A DNA stretch of 64,000 nt from an uncultured Sphingomonadaceae bacterium (lineage in GTDB: Bacteria > Pseudomonadota > Alphaproteobacteria > Sphingomonadales > Sphingomonadaceae), in the NCBI GenBank assembly GCA_902806235.1, contig CADCVW010000106.1, forward strand, positions 43,102 through 107,101, in the 5' to 3' direction. Positions 21,945 through 32,253 of the stretch are shown in pieces (the first letter of the stretch is position 1; every line of letters begins with the position of its first letter). The position numbers were made by a program, and so were the translations under genes. The notes under the pieces were generated by a model, which saw nothing but the letters and a program-made list of their open reading frames with translations, did no database searches and had not been told where the DNA came from.

Positions 21945-22586
21945 TCAAGCGGCCTTCGCGATCTCCTCGTCGCCCGGTAACGGGCGCTTATCGAACACTT
22001 CGTCGACGAGGCCGAAGTCCTTTGCCTCCATCGCCGACAGAAAGGTGTCGCGGTCGAGTCGGCGCTCAATCTCGTCGATCGGCTGGCCGGTGTACTGGGC
22101 GTAGAGCTCGTTCATCCGGTGCCGGATGCGCAGGATCTCCTTGGCCTGGATCTCGATGTCGGACGCCATGCCCTGCGCGCCACCCGACGGCTGGTGGATC
22201 ATGATCCGCGCGTTGGTGAGCGCCACGCGCATCCCGGGCTCGCCGGCCGCGAGCAGGAACGAGCCCATCGACGCCGCCTGGCCGATGCACACGGTGCCGA
22301 CGCGCGGGCGGATGTACTGCATGGTATCGTGGATCGCCATGCCCGCCGTCACCACCCCGCCCGGCGAGTTGATGTACATGAAAATGTCCTTCTTCGGATT
22401 CTCCGACTCGAGGTACAGCAGCTGGGCGGTCACCAGCGTCGCCATGTGGTCCTCGACCCCGCCCGTAATAAACACGATGCGCTCGCGAAGCAGGCGCGAG
22501 TAGATGTCGAAACTCCGCTCGCCGCGATTCGACTGCTCGATCACGATGGGAACGAGCGCGTTGGCGATGTCGGCGTGGTCACGCAT
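21945..22586 (-). CDS. clpP: ATP-dependent Clp protease proteolytic subunit ClpP
   Basis: Catalytic Ser in GQAASMGS and catalytic His in IMIHQPSGG. Confidence 0.97.
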   Translation of the reverse strand: MRDHADIANALVPIVIEQSNRGERSFDIYSRLLRERIVFITGGVEDHMATLVTAQLLYLESENPKKDIFMYINSPGGVVTAGMAIHDTMQYIRPRVGTVCIGQAASMGSFLLAAGEPGMRVALTNARIMIHQPSGGAQGMASDIEIQAKEILRIRHRMNELYAQYTGQPIDEIERRLDRDTFLSAMEAKDFGLVDEVFDKRPLPGDEEIAKAA

Positions 22587-22646
22587 GGGAGGTGTCGGTC
22601 CTTCTGCCCGGGAAGATGCCCTACATCGGCCCCCGCGCCGCGGCCT

Positions 22647-23648
22647 TCAAGCCCCGGCGCCGGGCGCGGGAAAGCTCAGATAGGCGAGCCGCCGCATCTC
22701 GCGCCGCCCGCGCGTCACCGTGTCGAGGATCAGCCCGGCGAAGAAGGACAGCACGGACACGATGCCGAGGCCGGTGACGAGGATCGCGGTCGGGAAGCGC
22801 GGCACGAGGCCGGTACGCAGGAAGGTGACGACCAGCGGCCCGGCGAGAACGATCGCCGTCGTCAGCAGCGCCAGCGCGACCAGCCCGAAAAAGAAGGCGG
22901 GCCGTTCGTAGCGATACAGGTTCAGGATAGTCCGCAGGATGCGCCAGCCGTCGCGGTAGGTGGAGAGCTTGGATGCACTGCCGGCCGGGCGCGCGGCGTA
23001 GGCGGTGACCGCCTCGCCGACCGGCATGGCGAGCTCCAGCGCGTGGACGCTGATCTCCGTCTCGATCTCGAATCCGGAGGAGAGCACGGGAAAGCTCTTG
23101 GCGAAACGGCGCGAGAAGACGCGGTAACCCGACAGGATGTCGGTGAAGCTGCGGCCGAACAGGTTGGCGAGCAGGCCCGTGAGGGCACGGTTGCCGAGGC
23201 GGTGGCCGCGGCGGTAGGCCTGCTCGACTTCAGACCGCCGGGCACCGACGACCATATCTAGTTGCTCGTCCAAAAGCATGCGCACGAGTTCGGGCGCAGC
23301 AGCCGCGTCGTAGGTCGCGTCGCCGTCGGCCATGACGTAGATGTCGGCCTCGACGTCCGCGAACATGCGGCGGACGACGTGGCCCTTGCCCTGCATCCGC
23401 TCCGCGCGGACCACCGCGCCCGCGGCGCGCGCGACCTCCGCGGTGCGGTCACGGCTGTTGTTGTTGTACACGTAGATCTTCGCGTCCGGCAGCGCCGCGC
23501 GGAAGGCGCGAACCGTCGCCCCGATCGCCGCCTCTTCGTTGTAGCAAGGGAGGAGCACGGCGACGCGGGGACACGCGCCGGCCACCCCGCTCGCGCCATC
23601 CTCCGCCCTAGATCGACCGACTGCCATTTCTACGAGCATCACCGTCAT
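22647..23648 (-). CDS. family 2 glycosyltransferase, GtrB/ArnC/DPM1-like (polyprenol-phosphate sugar transferase type)
   Basis: VAVLLPCYNEE start of the GT-A fold, a DGD motif (MADGDATYD) and two C-terminal TM helices. The true start may be the internal MAVGRS (23627). Confidence 0.75.
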   Translation of the reverse strand: MTVMLVEMAVGRSRAEDGASGVAGACPRVAVLLPCYNEEAAIGATVRAFRAALPDAKIYVYNNNSRDRTAEVARAAGAVVRAERMQGKGHVVRRMFADVEADIYVMADGDATYDAAAAPELVRMLLDEQLDMVVGARRSEVEQAYRRGHRLGNRALTGLLANLFGRSFTDILSGYRVFSRRFAKSFPVLSSGFEIETEISVHALELAMPVGEAVTAYAARPAGSASKLSTYRDGWRILRTILNLYRYERPAFFFGLVALALLTTAIVLAGPLVVTFLRTGLVPRFPTAILVTGLGIVSVLSFFAGLILDTVTRGRREMRRLAYLSFPAPGAGA

Positions 23649-23757
23649 CCCCGCGTAGGCGGGGATCCATAAACCTCGACGTTCGGGAGCGCGATCCCAC
23701 GAAATTGTAGACTTATAGACCGGCGCTTTCGCGGGGGTGACGGGGGGAGGTTAAGGA

Positions 23758-25464
23758 TTAATCCCGGTCCGCAGCGGACTCTGCGGCTGCTGCCGCTTCG
23801 CCCGCCGTGTCTGCAGCCTCCGCCGCTGCGCCACCGGCGGCCTTCTTCGCCCGCGGCCTCTTCGGCGCGACCTCGCCGTCCTCGCCCGCGTCCTTCTTGG
23901 CCCGCGCCTTCTTAGGCGAAACCTCGGCGGCGGTTTCGGCGTCGGTCGCCGCGCCGCCCTCGGCCGCGGCTTTCTTGGTGCGGCCCTTCTTCGGCGCGGG
24001 CGCGACCTCCGCGGCCTGCTCGGGCTCCGCCGCGAGCGCCGCGGGAGCATGGTCGTGCCCGTGCGCGTGGTCATGGTCGTGGTCGCAGTCCGGGCCGTGG
24101 ACGTGCTCCTCCGCGGGCAGGTGCACCCCGGCCGGCAACTCGGCCTCAATCGCTGCCTCCAGCTCCTCGCGCGTCACCTCGCGCTCGGTGATCTCCGCTC
24201 GGCCGAACAGGAAGTCGACCACCTTGTCCTCGAACAGCGGCGCCCGGAGCTGCGCCGCAGCCATCGGCTCCTGCCGGACGTACTCGACGAAGCGTTCGCG
24301 GTCCTCCGGCCGGTACTGCTGGGCGGCCTGGGCGATCAGCCGCTGCATCTCCTGTTGGCTCACCTCCACGCCGTTGGCGTTGCCGATCTCCGACAGGAGC
24401 AGCCCCAGCCGGACGCGGCGCTCGGCGATCGCGCGATATTCCTCGCGCTCGCCTTCCATCTCGGCGCGGGCGGCCTCCGGATCGCTCTCGCGGGCTGCTT
24501 CGCTCTCCAGCTGGCGCCAGATCTGCTCGAATTCGGCCTCCACCATGCCCTGTGGCACGGGGAAGTCGTGCGCGTCGGCCAGCTGGTCGAGCAGACGGCG
24601 CTTCATCTGGGTGCGGGTGAGCCCGTTCAACTCCTGCTCGACCTGACCGTGGATCAGCCCGCGCAGCTGGTCGATGCCTTCCAGCCCCAGCGCCTTGGCA
24701 AATTCATCGTCGACCGCCGTCTCCTTGCGGACCCGGATCTCGGTTGCGGTGACGTCAAAGGTCGCCGGCTTGCCCGCCAGGTGCTTCGCGCCGTAATTCT
24801 CGGGGAACTGAAGATCGAGCGACCGGCTCTCGCCCGCCTTGATGCCGGTCAGGCCATCCTCGAAACCCGGGATCAGCTGGCCGGAGCCGAGCTCGACGCT
24901 CATCGCCTCGCCCGAGCCGCCTTCGAATGCCTCGCCATCAACCTTGCCGACGAAGTCCATTACGACGAGGTCGCCGGCCGCCGCCGGGTGGTCCTCCGGC
25001 GCAGCGTCGAACGAGCGCTGCTGGTCGGCCAGCTGGCGCAGTTGCTCCTCGACCCGGGCTTCGTCGACCGGCACGGTGAGCCGCTCGAGCTTGAGCCCAT
25101 CGATCTGCGGGGCAGGCACGTCCGGCAGCGTCTCGAGCTGCACCTCCACCTCGGCGTCGCGGCCGGGCGCGTAGTCGTCGCCGAGCTTCACCGCTGGCTG
25201 CATCGCCGGGCGAAGCCGGTTTTCGGCGAGGACCTGCTGCACTCCTTCCTGCACCGCAGTCTGTAGCGCTTCTTGGCTGAGCGCCGGTCCGTGCATCTTG
25301 CGGACGAGGTTCGCGGGCACCTTGCCAGGGCGGAAGCCGGGCATCCGCACTTGGGGCGCGACCTTGCGCAACTCCTTGTCGATGCGCGCCTCGATCTCGG
25401 CGGCGGGGATGGTGAGCTTGTAGCCGCGCTTCAGCCCGTCGTTGAGCGTTTCGACCGTCTGCAT
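23758..25464 (-). CDS. tig: trigger factor with about 120-aa C-terminal extension
   Basis: N-terminus MQTVETLNDGLKRGYKLTI...GFRPGKVP. The track ORF N-terminus overlaps tRNA-Leu, so ATG 25464 is used. See the finding on the tail. Confidence 0.93.
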   Translation of the reverse strand: MQTVETLNDGLKRGYKLTIPAAEIEARIDKELRKVAPQVRMPGFRPGKVPANLVRKMHGPALSQEALQTAVQEGVQQVLAENRLRPAMQPAVKLGDDYAPGRDAEVEVQLETLPDVPAPQIDGLKLERLTVPVDEARVEEQLRQLADQQRSFDAAPEDHPAAAGDLVVMDFVGKVDGEAFEGGSGEAMSVELGSGQLIPGFEDGLTGIKAGESRSLDLQFPENYGAKHLAGKPATFDVTATEIRVRKETAVDDEFAKALGLEGIDQLRGLIHGQVEQELNGLTRTQMKRRLLDQLADAHDFPVPQGMVEAEFEQIWRQLESEAARESDPEAARAEMEGEREEYRAIAERRVRLGLLLSEIGNANGVEVSQQEMQRLIAQAAQQYRPEDRERFVEYVRQEPMAAAQLRAPLFEDKVVDFLFGRAEITEREVTREELEAAIEAELPAGVHLPAEEHVHGPDCDHDHDHAHGHDHAPAALAAEPEQAAEVAPAPKKGRTKKAAAEGGAATDAETAAEVSPKKARAKKDAGEDGEVAPKRPRAKKAAGGAAAEAADTAGEAAAAAESAADRD

Positions 25465-25519
25465 GGGGGTGCCGTACCTCTTCTCTGATCCCGTCGCGCC
25501 GTCGCAGCGGGCCGGGGAC

Positions 25520-25604
25520 TGGTGCGGGCGAAGGGACTCGAACCCCCACATCTTACGATACTTGGACCTAAACCAAGCGCGTCTACCAGTTCCGCCACGC
25601 CCGC
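25520..25604 (-). tRNA. tRNA-Leu (UAG)
   Basis: Hand fold: acceptor GCGGGCG/CGCCCGC, anticodon loop UUUAGGU, long variable arm, encoded CCA. Confidence 0.9.
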
Positions 25605-25653
25605 AGGAGGCAGTCGGCGCGGGTCTATATCAGGGCGCGCGCGCGGGGCAAGG

Positions 25654-26049
25654 CTAGCGCGCTCGGGGGCGGTGTCCCCGCCTCAGGAAACCGAGAAGCC
25701 CAGCGAGCACGACGAGACCCAACCGTTGGAGCATTGAAACGAAGAGCAGCGCAACCACCACTCCGCTCAAGCGCGACGCATTTGGTTGCAGAGCGGGACT
25801 GTAGAGGAAACAGCCCAACGCGGCCGCTGCCGCGGCGAAGGCTGTCCACGACAAGGCGGCCACTCGCCTCGCCGTTCTCCAAGCGAGAATTGCGGCGAGC
25901 AGGACGGGACCGAAGGCCGCGAGCAGCAGGAGGAAGGATTGCACCAGAAAGCCGCGTTCGGCGAACGGCAAGGCGGGCGCGACTATCGCCAGCAGGTATA
26001 CTGTATTCGCCGTCGCTACGGCAGAGCCGACGCGCCCCGCCCAGGTCAC
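25654..26049 (-). CDS. small polytopic membrane protein, unknown function
   Basis: About four hydrophobic helices. The proposed GTG start at 26049 overlaps the stop of the upstream lipoprotein gene (GTGA). G+C looks somewhat lower than in the flanks. Confidence 0.45.
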   Translation of the reverse strand: MTWAGRVGSAVATANTVYLLAIVAPALPFAERGFLVQSFLLLLAAFGPVLLAAILAWRTARRVAALSWTAFAAAAAALGCFLYSPALQPNASRLSGVVVALLFVSMLQRLGLVVLAGLLGFLRRGHRPRAR

Positions 26050-26666
26050 CCCCGCAGCCGCGCGCTCGTCACCAGCCGTTCGTAGTGCGGCAGCCCCGCG
26101 CCGTAGTAATGCGAGCGCGCCGCGTCCCACAAGATCATGTACAGCCGCCCGTCGACCACCGCGCCAACCGCGCGGCCCCGGCGGCGGACCTCGTCGCCGG
26201 TGAGGTGGTCGTAGTCGAACTGGAAGCCGGTCCGGCCGAGGAACAACCGCGGCTCCAGGTTGGTCATCGCGAACTCGGTGGAGCCGCCGCGGACGCGGTA
26301 GAAGCTCTCGATCAGGCTGGCGATCTCCTGCGGCTGCATGTCGGAGCGGAAGCGGGGGACCTGCCGGTCCTCCTTGCGCCGCTGCCGGACGATGTTGCGG
26401 CCGTTCTCCACCCCGCCGAGGAACGACACGCCGTCGAGCAGCGGGCCGTTCAGCGTCCAGTTCTCCTCACGGTTGATGTCGTTACGGGTACGCGGGAAGC
26501 GGTTCCAGCGGATGTCGGGGGCGACCACCATCGCCGAGCGCGCGACGTCGCGCGGCTCCTCCTGCACCAGCCGGAAGCCGCCGCTTAGGCCGAGCGGATC
26601 GACCCCGCCGGCGCAGCCGCCGGCGAGCAGCGCGGCGGCGAGCGCCGCGACCAATTTCTTACGCAT
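26046..26666 (-). CDS. putative lipoprotein, unknown function
   Basis: N-terminus MRKKLVAALAAALLAGGC gives a signal peptide and lipobox-like Cys. The upstream part of the 391-aa track ORF is an Arg/Pro-rich shadow. Confidence 0.55.
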   Translation of the reverse strand: MRKKLVAALAAALLAGGCAGGVDPLGLSGGFRLVQEEPRDVARSAMVVAPDIRWNRFPRTRNDINREENWTLNGPLLDGVSFLGGVENGRNIVRQRRKEDRQVPRFRSDMQPQEIASLIESFYRVRGGSTEFAMTNLEPRLFLGRTGFQFDYDHLTGDEVRRRGRAVGAVVDGRLYMILWDAARSHYYGAGLPHYERLVTSARLRG

Positions 26667-26677
26667 CGCACGTCCCC

Positions 26678-27925
26678 TCACTGCGCCAGGCTGAAGCGCA
26701 CCATCTTCGCGTCCGGCGCGTTCGGCGCCTTGGCGAGATAGGTCTGCAGCGCCTGGCGACCCTCGGCAGGGCGCCCCGCCTTGATCTGCGCGTAGCCGTG
26801 CTGCCGCCACGCCTCGGCGGGCGCGTCCGGAAAGCGCACGGCCTGAGCGTAGCCGCTGACGGCGCGGGCCAGGTCCTCGGGCCGGCCGCGGAGCCGGTAG
26901 GTTTCCGCCTCGTAGAAGCGGAGCAGCCCGTTCCAGCCGTCCTTGGCCAGGTTCTCGATGATGTACAGGCTTGCGCCCGGATCGTTGAGCTTGATCTGAT
27001 CGTCGAGCAGCATGGCACGGTGCGGCGCCAACGCGTTCTGGTAGCGCGCGCGGCCGTCCTCGTAGGATCGCCCGGCTTGGGTAACCTCCGCGGCGGACGC
27101 GCGCAGGTCCCTCATCCGCTCGCGCGGCGCGGGGTGGGTGGCGAGGAGCGAGCCGCCGCGCCGCGGGCGCTTGTTGCGGACGCGGGCCGAGGCTTCGGTT
27201 TCCGCGATCAGCTGCTCCCACACGCGGCTCATCTCCATCGGCTCGTAACCGGTCTCGGCGATGTTGCGCAGCCCGATCGCGTCCGCCTCCGCTTCCAGCT
27301 CGCGGGAATAGTCGAACAGCGACAGGATGGTGCCGAGTTGGGCGAGCTGCACCGCGTCGCCGAGGTAGACGCCCGCCCCCGCCCCGCCGACGCCCGCCGC
27401 CATGGCGAGCACGGCGAAGGCGTTGGCCTTCTGCTTGGTGTCGCGGTAGGCGCGGATCTGGTGCTTGCGGAGGTAGTGGCCCGCCTCGTGGGCGATCACG
27501 CCCGACAGCTGCGCCTCGTTGCGCATCCGGGTGAGCAGGCCGGAGAAGACGACCATGAAGCCGGTGGGCGTCATGAACGCGTTAAACTCCGGCACGCGCA
27601 CCAGGTACACGCGCAGGTCGCGCGCCGCCGGTCCGCCGACGCGCTCGGCAAGCCCGCCGAGGTAGCGCTGCATCGCCGGATCGTTCATGCGGAGGTTGGA
27701 GCCGGCGACCTCCTCTTCGAAGCGGTCGTACTGCTGCCACAGACCGCGCTCGTCGCGGTCGACCGGCTTGTAGCCGGGGCCGACCAGCGAATTCATGCTC
27801 TTCGGCGCGATCCGCGCGAGCGCCTCACCCGTCCCCAGCACCCCCGCGCAGCAGGCGCAGCCGATGCCGCCGAGCAGCGCGCGGCGCGAAAGTAGGCCGG
27901 CGTCATGCTGGTGTTCGCGGCTCAT
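26678..27925 (-). CDS. M48-family zinc metalloprotease with C-terminal TPR-like repeats (BepA-like)
   Basis: AHEAGHYL (HExxH) motif, twin-arginine-like signal SRRALLGG and a helical repeat C-terminal half. The ATG at 27925 overlaps the stop of the upstream lipoprotein gene (ATGA). Confidence 0.8.
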   Translation of the reverse strand: MSREHQHDAGLLSRRALLGGIGCACCAGVLGTGEALARIAPKSMNSLVGPGYKPVDRDERGLWQQYDRFEEEVAGSNLRMNDPAMQRYLGGLAERVGGPAARDLRVYLVRVPEFNAFMTPTGFMVVFSGLLTRMRNEAQLSGVIAHEAGHYLRKHQIRAYRDTKQKANAFAVLAMAAGVGGAGAGVYLGDAVQLAQLGTILSLFDYSRELEAEADAIGLRNIAETGYEPMEMSRVWEQLIAETEASARVRNKRPRRGGSLLATHPAPRERMRDLRASAAEVTQAGRSYEDGRARYQNALAPHRAMLLDDQIKLNDPGASLYIIENLAKDGWNGLLRFYEAETYRLRGRPEDLARAVSGYAQAVRFPDAPAEAWRQHGYAQIKAGRPAEGRQALQTYLAKAPNAPDAKMVRFSLAQ

Positions 27926-28698
27926 CCCTGCCTCCGGTCCTGCGCGCGGCGGATGTTGCGGCCCGGCTTCATCCGGTCGAGCAACCGGTCGACGAGCCCC
28001 GCCGCGCCCTCGGGCGTGCGGATGTCGTTGCCCTGCACGCCGGGCAGCTGGCTGCCGCCCTGCAGCACGTTGAACCAAACCACCTCGCCCGAGCGCAGGT
28101 CGACGAGGGAGGCGAAGGCGGTCTGGCTGCCGCCGCCCTGCGGCGCGCAGAAACCAATGAAGCAGCCGAGGATGCCGACAACCTGCATCGCCACGCGCCC
28201 GTCCGACGCGCGGCTCGACTGAGCGTTCATAAACAGGGCGTAGTCGTAGCCGGTGGCGCGGCCGAACCGCTGCGCGTCCTCGCCCAGCGTGTAGTCGAGC
28301 CCCTGCCGGCGCTTCGTCGGCAGGGTCAGCCCGACGTACTTGTGGAGCAGGATCGACTGGCCCACGGCGGCGTGCAGCCGCTCGAGGTCGGCGACGAGTT
28401 GCGGGTCGGTGCCCGCGTCCGCGCGGGTCGCGACCACCTTGGTCCGCCCGCCGCGCTCGGCCTGTTGGGCACGGAGCGCGGCTAGGATGTTGGTCCGCGC
28501 CTGCTCCGTCCACTCCTCGCGCGGCTCGACGAGCCCGCCGGTGGTGAGCTGGCCGACTTGCACGTCCGGGCGCATCACGATCAGCGAATAGTCGCCCTGC
28601 GGTGGTGCAAAGTTCAGGTCGGCCAGCTGCTTGGTGCTCGTGCACCCGCCGAGCAACAGGGACGCGGCCGCCAACCCGGCCAACAGCTTGCCACGCAT
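27922..28698 (-). CDS. putative lipoprotein, unknown function
   Basis: MRGKLLAGLAAASLLLGGC signal/lipobox. About 258 aa. Confidence 0.55.
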   Translation of the reverse strand: MRGKLLAGLAAASLLLGGCTSTKQLADLNFAPPQGDYSLIVMRPDVQVGQLTTGGLVEPREEWTEQARTNILAALRAQQAERGGRTKVVATRADAGTDPQLVADLERLHAAVGQSILLHKYVGLTLPTKRRQGLDYTLGEDAQRFGRATGYDYALFMNAQSSRASDGRVAMQVVGILGCFIGFCAPQGGGSQTAFASLVDLRSGEVVWFNVLQGGSQLPGVQGNDIRTPEGAAGLVDRLLDRMKPGRNIRRAQDRRQG

Positions 28699-28769
28699 CC
28701 GCACCTCTCCCACGCCACTCGGGAACAAACTGGCACTCGATCCGCGAAAGAGCAAGCGGGCGAAAGAAC

Positions 28770-30245
28770 TTAGCCGAGTGCCTTCTTGAGCAGCTCGTTG
28801 ACCACCGCCGGATTCCCCTTGCCCGCCATCGCCTTCATAGTCTGGCCGACGAAGAAGCCGAACAGCTTGTCCTTGCCGCCGCGGTATTCCGCGACCTTGG
28901 TCTCGTTCGCCGCGAGAACCTGCGCGATCACCGCCTCGATCGCCCCCGTGTCGCTGGTCTGCCGGAGCCCGCGCTCCTCGACGATCTTCTCCGGGTCGCC
29001 GCCGGTCTCGAACATGACCTCCGCGACCTGCTTGGCGAGCGTCTTGGACAGCGTGCCGTCCGCCACCAGCCGCAGCAGCGAGGCGGCCTGGGCGGGGGCG
29101 ACCGGGCTGGCCTCGACGTTGGCGCCGATCCGGTTCAGCGCGCCGAACAGCTCGGCCACCACCCAGTTCGCCGCGTCGTTGGCGAGCTCGGGCCGGGCGA
29201 GCGCGTCGAGCGCCGCGTCGAAATAGCGCGCGGTCTCCACCTCGGCAGTGAGCACGGCGGCGTTGTAGGCGCTCACACCCAGCCCCGCGTAGCGCGCGCG
29301 CTTTGCGTCCGGCAGCTCGGGCAGGCTATCGCGGCACTCGCTCAGGAACTCGTCGGAGAGCTCGATCGGCAGCAGGTCAGGATCGGGGAAGTAGCGGTAG
29401 TCGTGCGCGTCCTCCTTGCTCCGCAGCGACCGCGTCTCGCCCCGGTCGGGGTCGAACAGTCGCGTTTCCTGGACGATGGCGCCGCCGCCCTCCAGCACCT
29501 CGATCTGTCGCCGCGCCTCATACTCGATCGCCGCCTGGATGAAGCGCACGCTGTTGACGTTCTTGATCTCGCAGCGCGTGCCGAACGGCGCGTTAGCCTT
29601 GCGGACGCTGACGTTGACATCCGCACGCATGGAGCCTTCCTCCATGTTCCCGTCGCAGCTGCCGACGTAGCGCAGGATGCTCCGCAGCTTCTTGACGTAG
29701 GCCCCCGCCTCCTCCGGCGAGCGCATGTCGGGTTTTGACACGATCTCCATCAGCGCCACGCCCGACCGGTTGAGGTCGACGTAGGACATGGTCGGGTGCT
29801 GGTCGTGGATCAGCTTGCCCGCGTCCTGCTCGAGATGGATGCGCTCGATGCCGATGCTCCGCACCGCGCTGTCCGGGTTTTTCTCGTCGGCCTGCACCTC
29901 CAGCGCGCCTTCGCCGACGATCGGATGGTAGAGCTGGCTGATCTGGTAGCCCTGCGGCAGATCAGCGTAGAAGTAGTTCTTGCGGTCGAAGCGCGACCAG
30001 CGGTGGATCTCAGCACCCAGCGCAAGCCCCGTGCGCACCGCCTGCTTGACGCACTCGCCGTTCACGACCGGCAGCATCCCGGGCATGGCGGCGTCGACCA
30101 GGCTCACCTGCGCGTTCGGCTCCGCGCCGAAGGAGGTCGCGGCGCCGGAGAAAAGCTTGGCGTTGGAGGTGACCTGGGCGTGGACCTCGAGCCCGATGAC
30201 CAGCTCCCACGGGCCGGTGTCGCCTTCGATGATGTAGTTTGCCAT
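28770..30245 (-). CDS. gatB: Asp/Glu-tRNA amidotransferase subunit B
   Basis: 491 aa: ...[13 protein letters not shown]... Confidence 0.97.
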   Translation of the reverse strand: MANYIIEGDTGPWELVIGLEVHAQVTSNAKLFSGAATSFGAEPNAQVSLVDAAMPGMLPVVNGECVKQAVRTGLALGAEIHRWSRFDRKNYFYADLPQGYQISQLYHPIVGEGALEVQADEKNPDSAVRSIGIERIHLEQDAGKLIHDQHPTMSYVDLNRSGVALMEIVSKPDMRSPEEAGAYVKKLRSILRYVGSCDGNMEEGSMRADVNVSVRKANAPFGTRCEIKNVNSVRFIQAAIEYEARRQIEVLEGGGAIVQETRLFDPDRGETRSLRSKEDAHDYRYFPDPDLLPIELSDEFLSECRDSLPELPDAKRARYAGLGVSAYNAAVLTAEVETARYFDAALDALARPELANDAANWVVAELFGALNRIGANVEASPVAPAQAASLLRLVADGTLSKTLAKQVAEVMFETGGDPEKIVEERGLRQTSDTGAIEAVIAQVLAANETKVAEYRGGKDKLFGFFVGQTMKAMAGKGNPAVVNELLKKALG

Positions 30246-30377
30246 CAGCCTAAGCTCCTACCGCCCGTCGCCTGCGCCGACGCGCTTCTCCGGCAGGCGA
30301 CGACGGATCGCTTTCCCGGCCGCCAGCTCACCAATGATCTGCGCCACGGTCGTGCACGGCTTCGAGAACGGCGGCGA

Positions 30378-31865
30378 TCACCACCACTTCTCCGGCTTGG
30401 CCGCGAACCCTGCCCGTTCTTCGATCGCAAGCCCCGCGTCGATCACGCCTTGCTCGTCCAACGCCCGCCCGATTACCTGCAAGCCGAGCGGGAGTCCCTG
30501 ACCGTCCAAACCCGCGGGCACGGAGATCGCCGGCAGCCCGGCGAGCGAGGACGGCACGGTGAACACGTCGTTGAGGTACATGGCGATCGGGTCTGCGCTC
30601 TTCTCGCCGAGCGCGAAAGCGGCGGAGGGCGCGGTGGGGGTGAGGAGCACGTCGCACTTCTCCCACGCCTGCTCGAAATCGCGGGCGATCAGCGCGCGGA
30701 CCTGCTGGGCCTTGCGAAAATAGGCGTCGTAGAAGCCGGCGGACAGCACGTAGGTGCCGATCATGATGCGCCGCTTCACCTCGTCGCCGAAGCCAGCCGC
30801 GCGCGTTTCGGCGTACATGTCGGCGAGCCCGCCCTGCCCCGGCGTGACGCGCAGGCCGTAGCGGACGCCGTCGTAGCGGGCGAGGTTGGAGGACGCCTCG
30901 GCCGGCGCGATGATATAATAGGTCGGCAGCGCGTACTTCGTGTGGGGTAGCGAGACGTCGACGATCTCCGCGCCGGCATCGCGCAGCCACGCCTTGCCCT
31001 GCTCCCACAGCCGCTCGATCTCCGCCGGCATGCCGTCCATCCGGTATTCGGCGGGGATGCCGACGCGCTTGCTGCGGAGGTCGCCGGACATGCTCGCTTC
31101 CCACGCCGGCACGGGCGCGTCGAGCGAGGTCGAGTCCTTCGGGTCGAAGCCGCTCATGGCCTCAAGCAGGATCGCGCAGTCGCGCACGTCCTGCGCCATC
31201 GGCCCCGCCTGATCGAGCGAGGAGGCGAAGGCGACGATGCCCCAGCGCGAGCAGCGGCCATAGGTCGGCTTCAAGCCGGTGATGCCGACGAAGGCGGCGG
31301 GCTGCCGAATAGAGCCGCCCGTGTCCGTTCCCGTCACCCCCGGCGCGAGGCGAGCCGCGACCGCCGCCGCCGAACCGCCGGACGAGCCGCCGGGCGTCAA
31401 CGGGGCATTGCCGCCGTCCCCGCGCCGCCACGGCGAGAGCACGTCGCCGTAGGCGCTGGTCTCGTTGGACGAGCCCATCGCAAACTGGTCCATGTTGAGC
31501 TTGCCGAGCATCCCCGCGCCCGCCGCGAAGAGCCTGGCGGTGACGCTGCTCTCGTAGGGCGGGACGAAGCCTTCGAGGATGCGGCTGCCCGCGGTGGTGG
31601 GCACGCCCTGCGTCGCGAACAGGTCCTTGATGCCGATCGGCACGCCGCTCAACGGCGGCGGCGCGCCCTCGCTCCGCGCGCGATCGGCGGCGTCGGCCGC
31701 GGCGAGCGCGTGGTCGGGGGTCTTTACCAGGAAAGCGTTCAGCGCGTCCGCGCCGTCGACGGCGGCGACAAAAGCCTCCGCAACTTCCCGCGCGGAGAAA
31801 TCGCCGCGGCGGAAACCGTCGCGGATGCCGGCGACGGTGAGGTCGGTGAGTTCCGCGCCCGCCAT
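30378..31865 (-). CDS. gatA: Asp/Glu-tRNA amidotransferase subunit A
   Basis: 495 aa with the amidase signature [12 protein letters not shown]. Confidence 0.97.
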   Translation of the reverse strand: MAGAELTDLTVAGIRDGFRRGDFSAREVAEAFVAAVDGADALNAFLVKTPDHALAAADAADRARSEGAPPPLSGVPIGIKDLFATQGVPTTAGSRILEGFVPPYESSVTARLFAAGAGMLGKLNMDQFAMGSSNETSAYGDVLSPWRRGDGGNAPLTPGGSSGGSAAAVAARLAPGVTGTDTGGSIRQPAAFVGITGLKPTYGRCSRWGIVAFASSLDQAGPMAQDVRDCAILLEAMSGFDPKDSTSLDAPVPAWEASMSGDLRSKRVGIPAEYRMDGMPAEIERLWEQGKAWLRDAGAEIVDVSLPHTKYALPTYYIIAPAEASSNLARYDGVRYGLRVTPGQGGLADMYAETRAAGFGDEVKRRIMIGTYVLSAGFYDAYFRKAQQVRALIARDFEQAWEKCDVLLTPTAPSAAFALGEKSADPIAMYLNDVFTVPSSLAGLPAISVPAGLDGQGLPLGLQVIGRALDEQGVIDAGLAIEERAGFAAKPEKWW

Positions 31866-32152
31866 TATTCAATCACCTTGGGGACGGCGAAGAAGCCGTG
31901 CTCAGCCGCCGGCGCGTTGGCGAGCACCGCGTCGCGGATGCCGCCGTCGGTGACGGCGTCCTCGCGCAGCCGCGTCCGGTTGGGCACCACGGCCTCCAGC
32001 GGCGCGACGCCTTCGGTGTCCACCTCGTTCAGCTGCTCGACCCAGTGGAGGATATTGTTGAGCTCGGGGACGAGCGCCTCCGCTTGGCGATCGCTCACGG
32101 CGATGCGGGCGAGGGTCGCAATCTTCTTCACTTGGGCCAAGTCGACGGACAT
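31865..32152 (-). CDS. gatC: Asp/Glu-tRNA amidotransferase subunit C
   Basis: 95 aa: [19 protein letters not shown]... It shares a 1-nt overlap with the gatA start. Confidence 0.9.
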   Translation of the reverse strand: MSVDLAQVKKIATLARIAVSDRQAEALVPELNNILHWVEQLNEVDTEGVAPLEAVVPNRTRLREDAVTDGGIRDAVLANAPAAEHGFFAVPKVIE

Positions 32153-32253
32153 GGGCGCGGCGGATAGCGCCCGCGCCCCCGCCCCACAAGCCGCGCCCTT
32201 CCGGGTCGGGCCCCGCGGGCCTACATGGCCGGCGGCTTCCCCGGAGAGTTCAG

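Noticed and set aside
23647-23666. An atccccgc-gtag-gcggggat hairpin between tig and the GT2 gene. It resembles a REP motif common in alphaproteobacteria.
   Set aside because: There is only one copy in this window, so I cannot call it a repeat. No U-tract follows it on the tig strand, so it is not a convincing intrinsic terminator.
30246-30377. The 132-bp spacer between gatA and gatB, with possible mini-ORFs of about 17-29 codons.
   Set aside because: There is no SD, no recognisable peptide and no convincing structure. It is treated as an ordinary intercistronic spacer.
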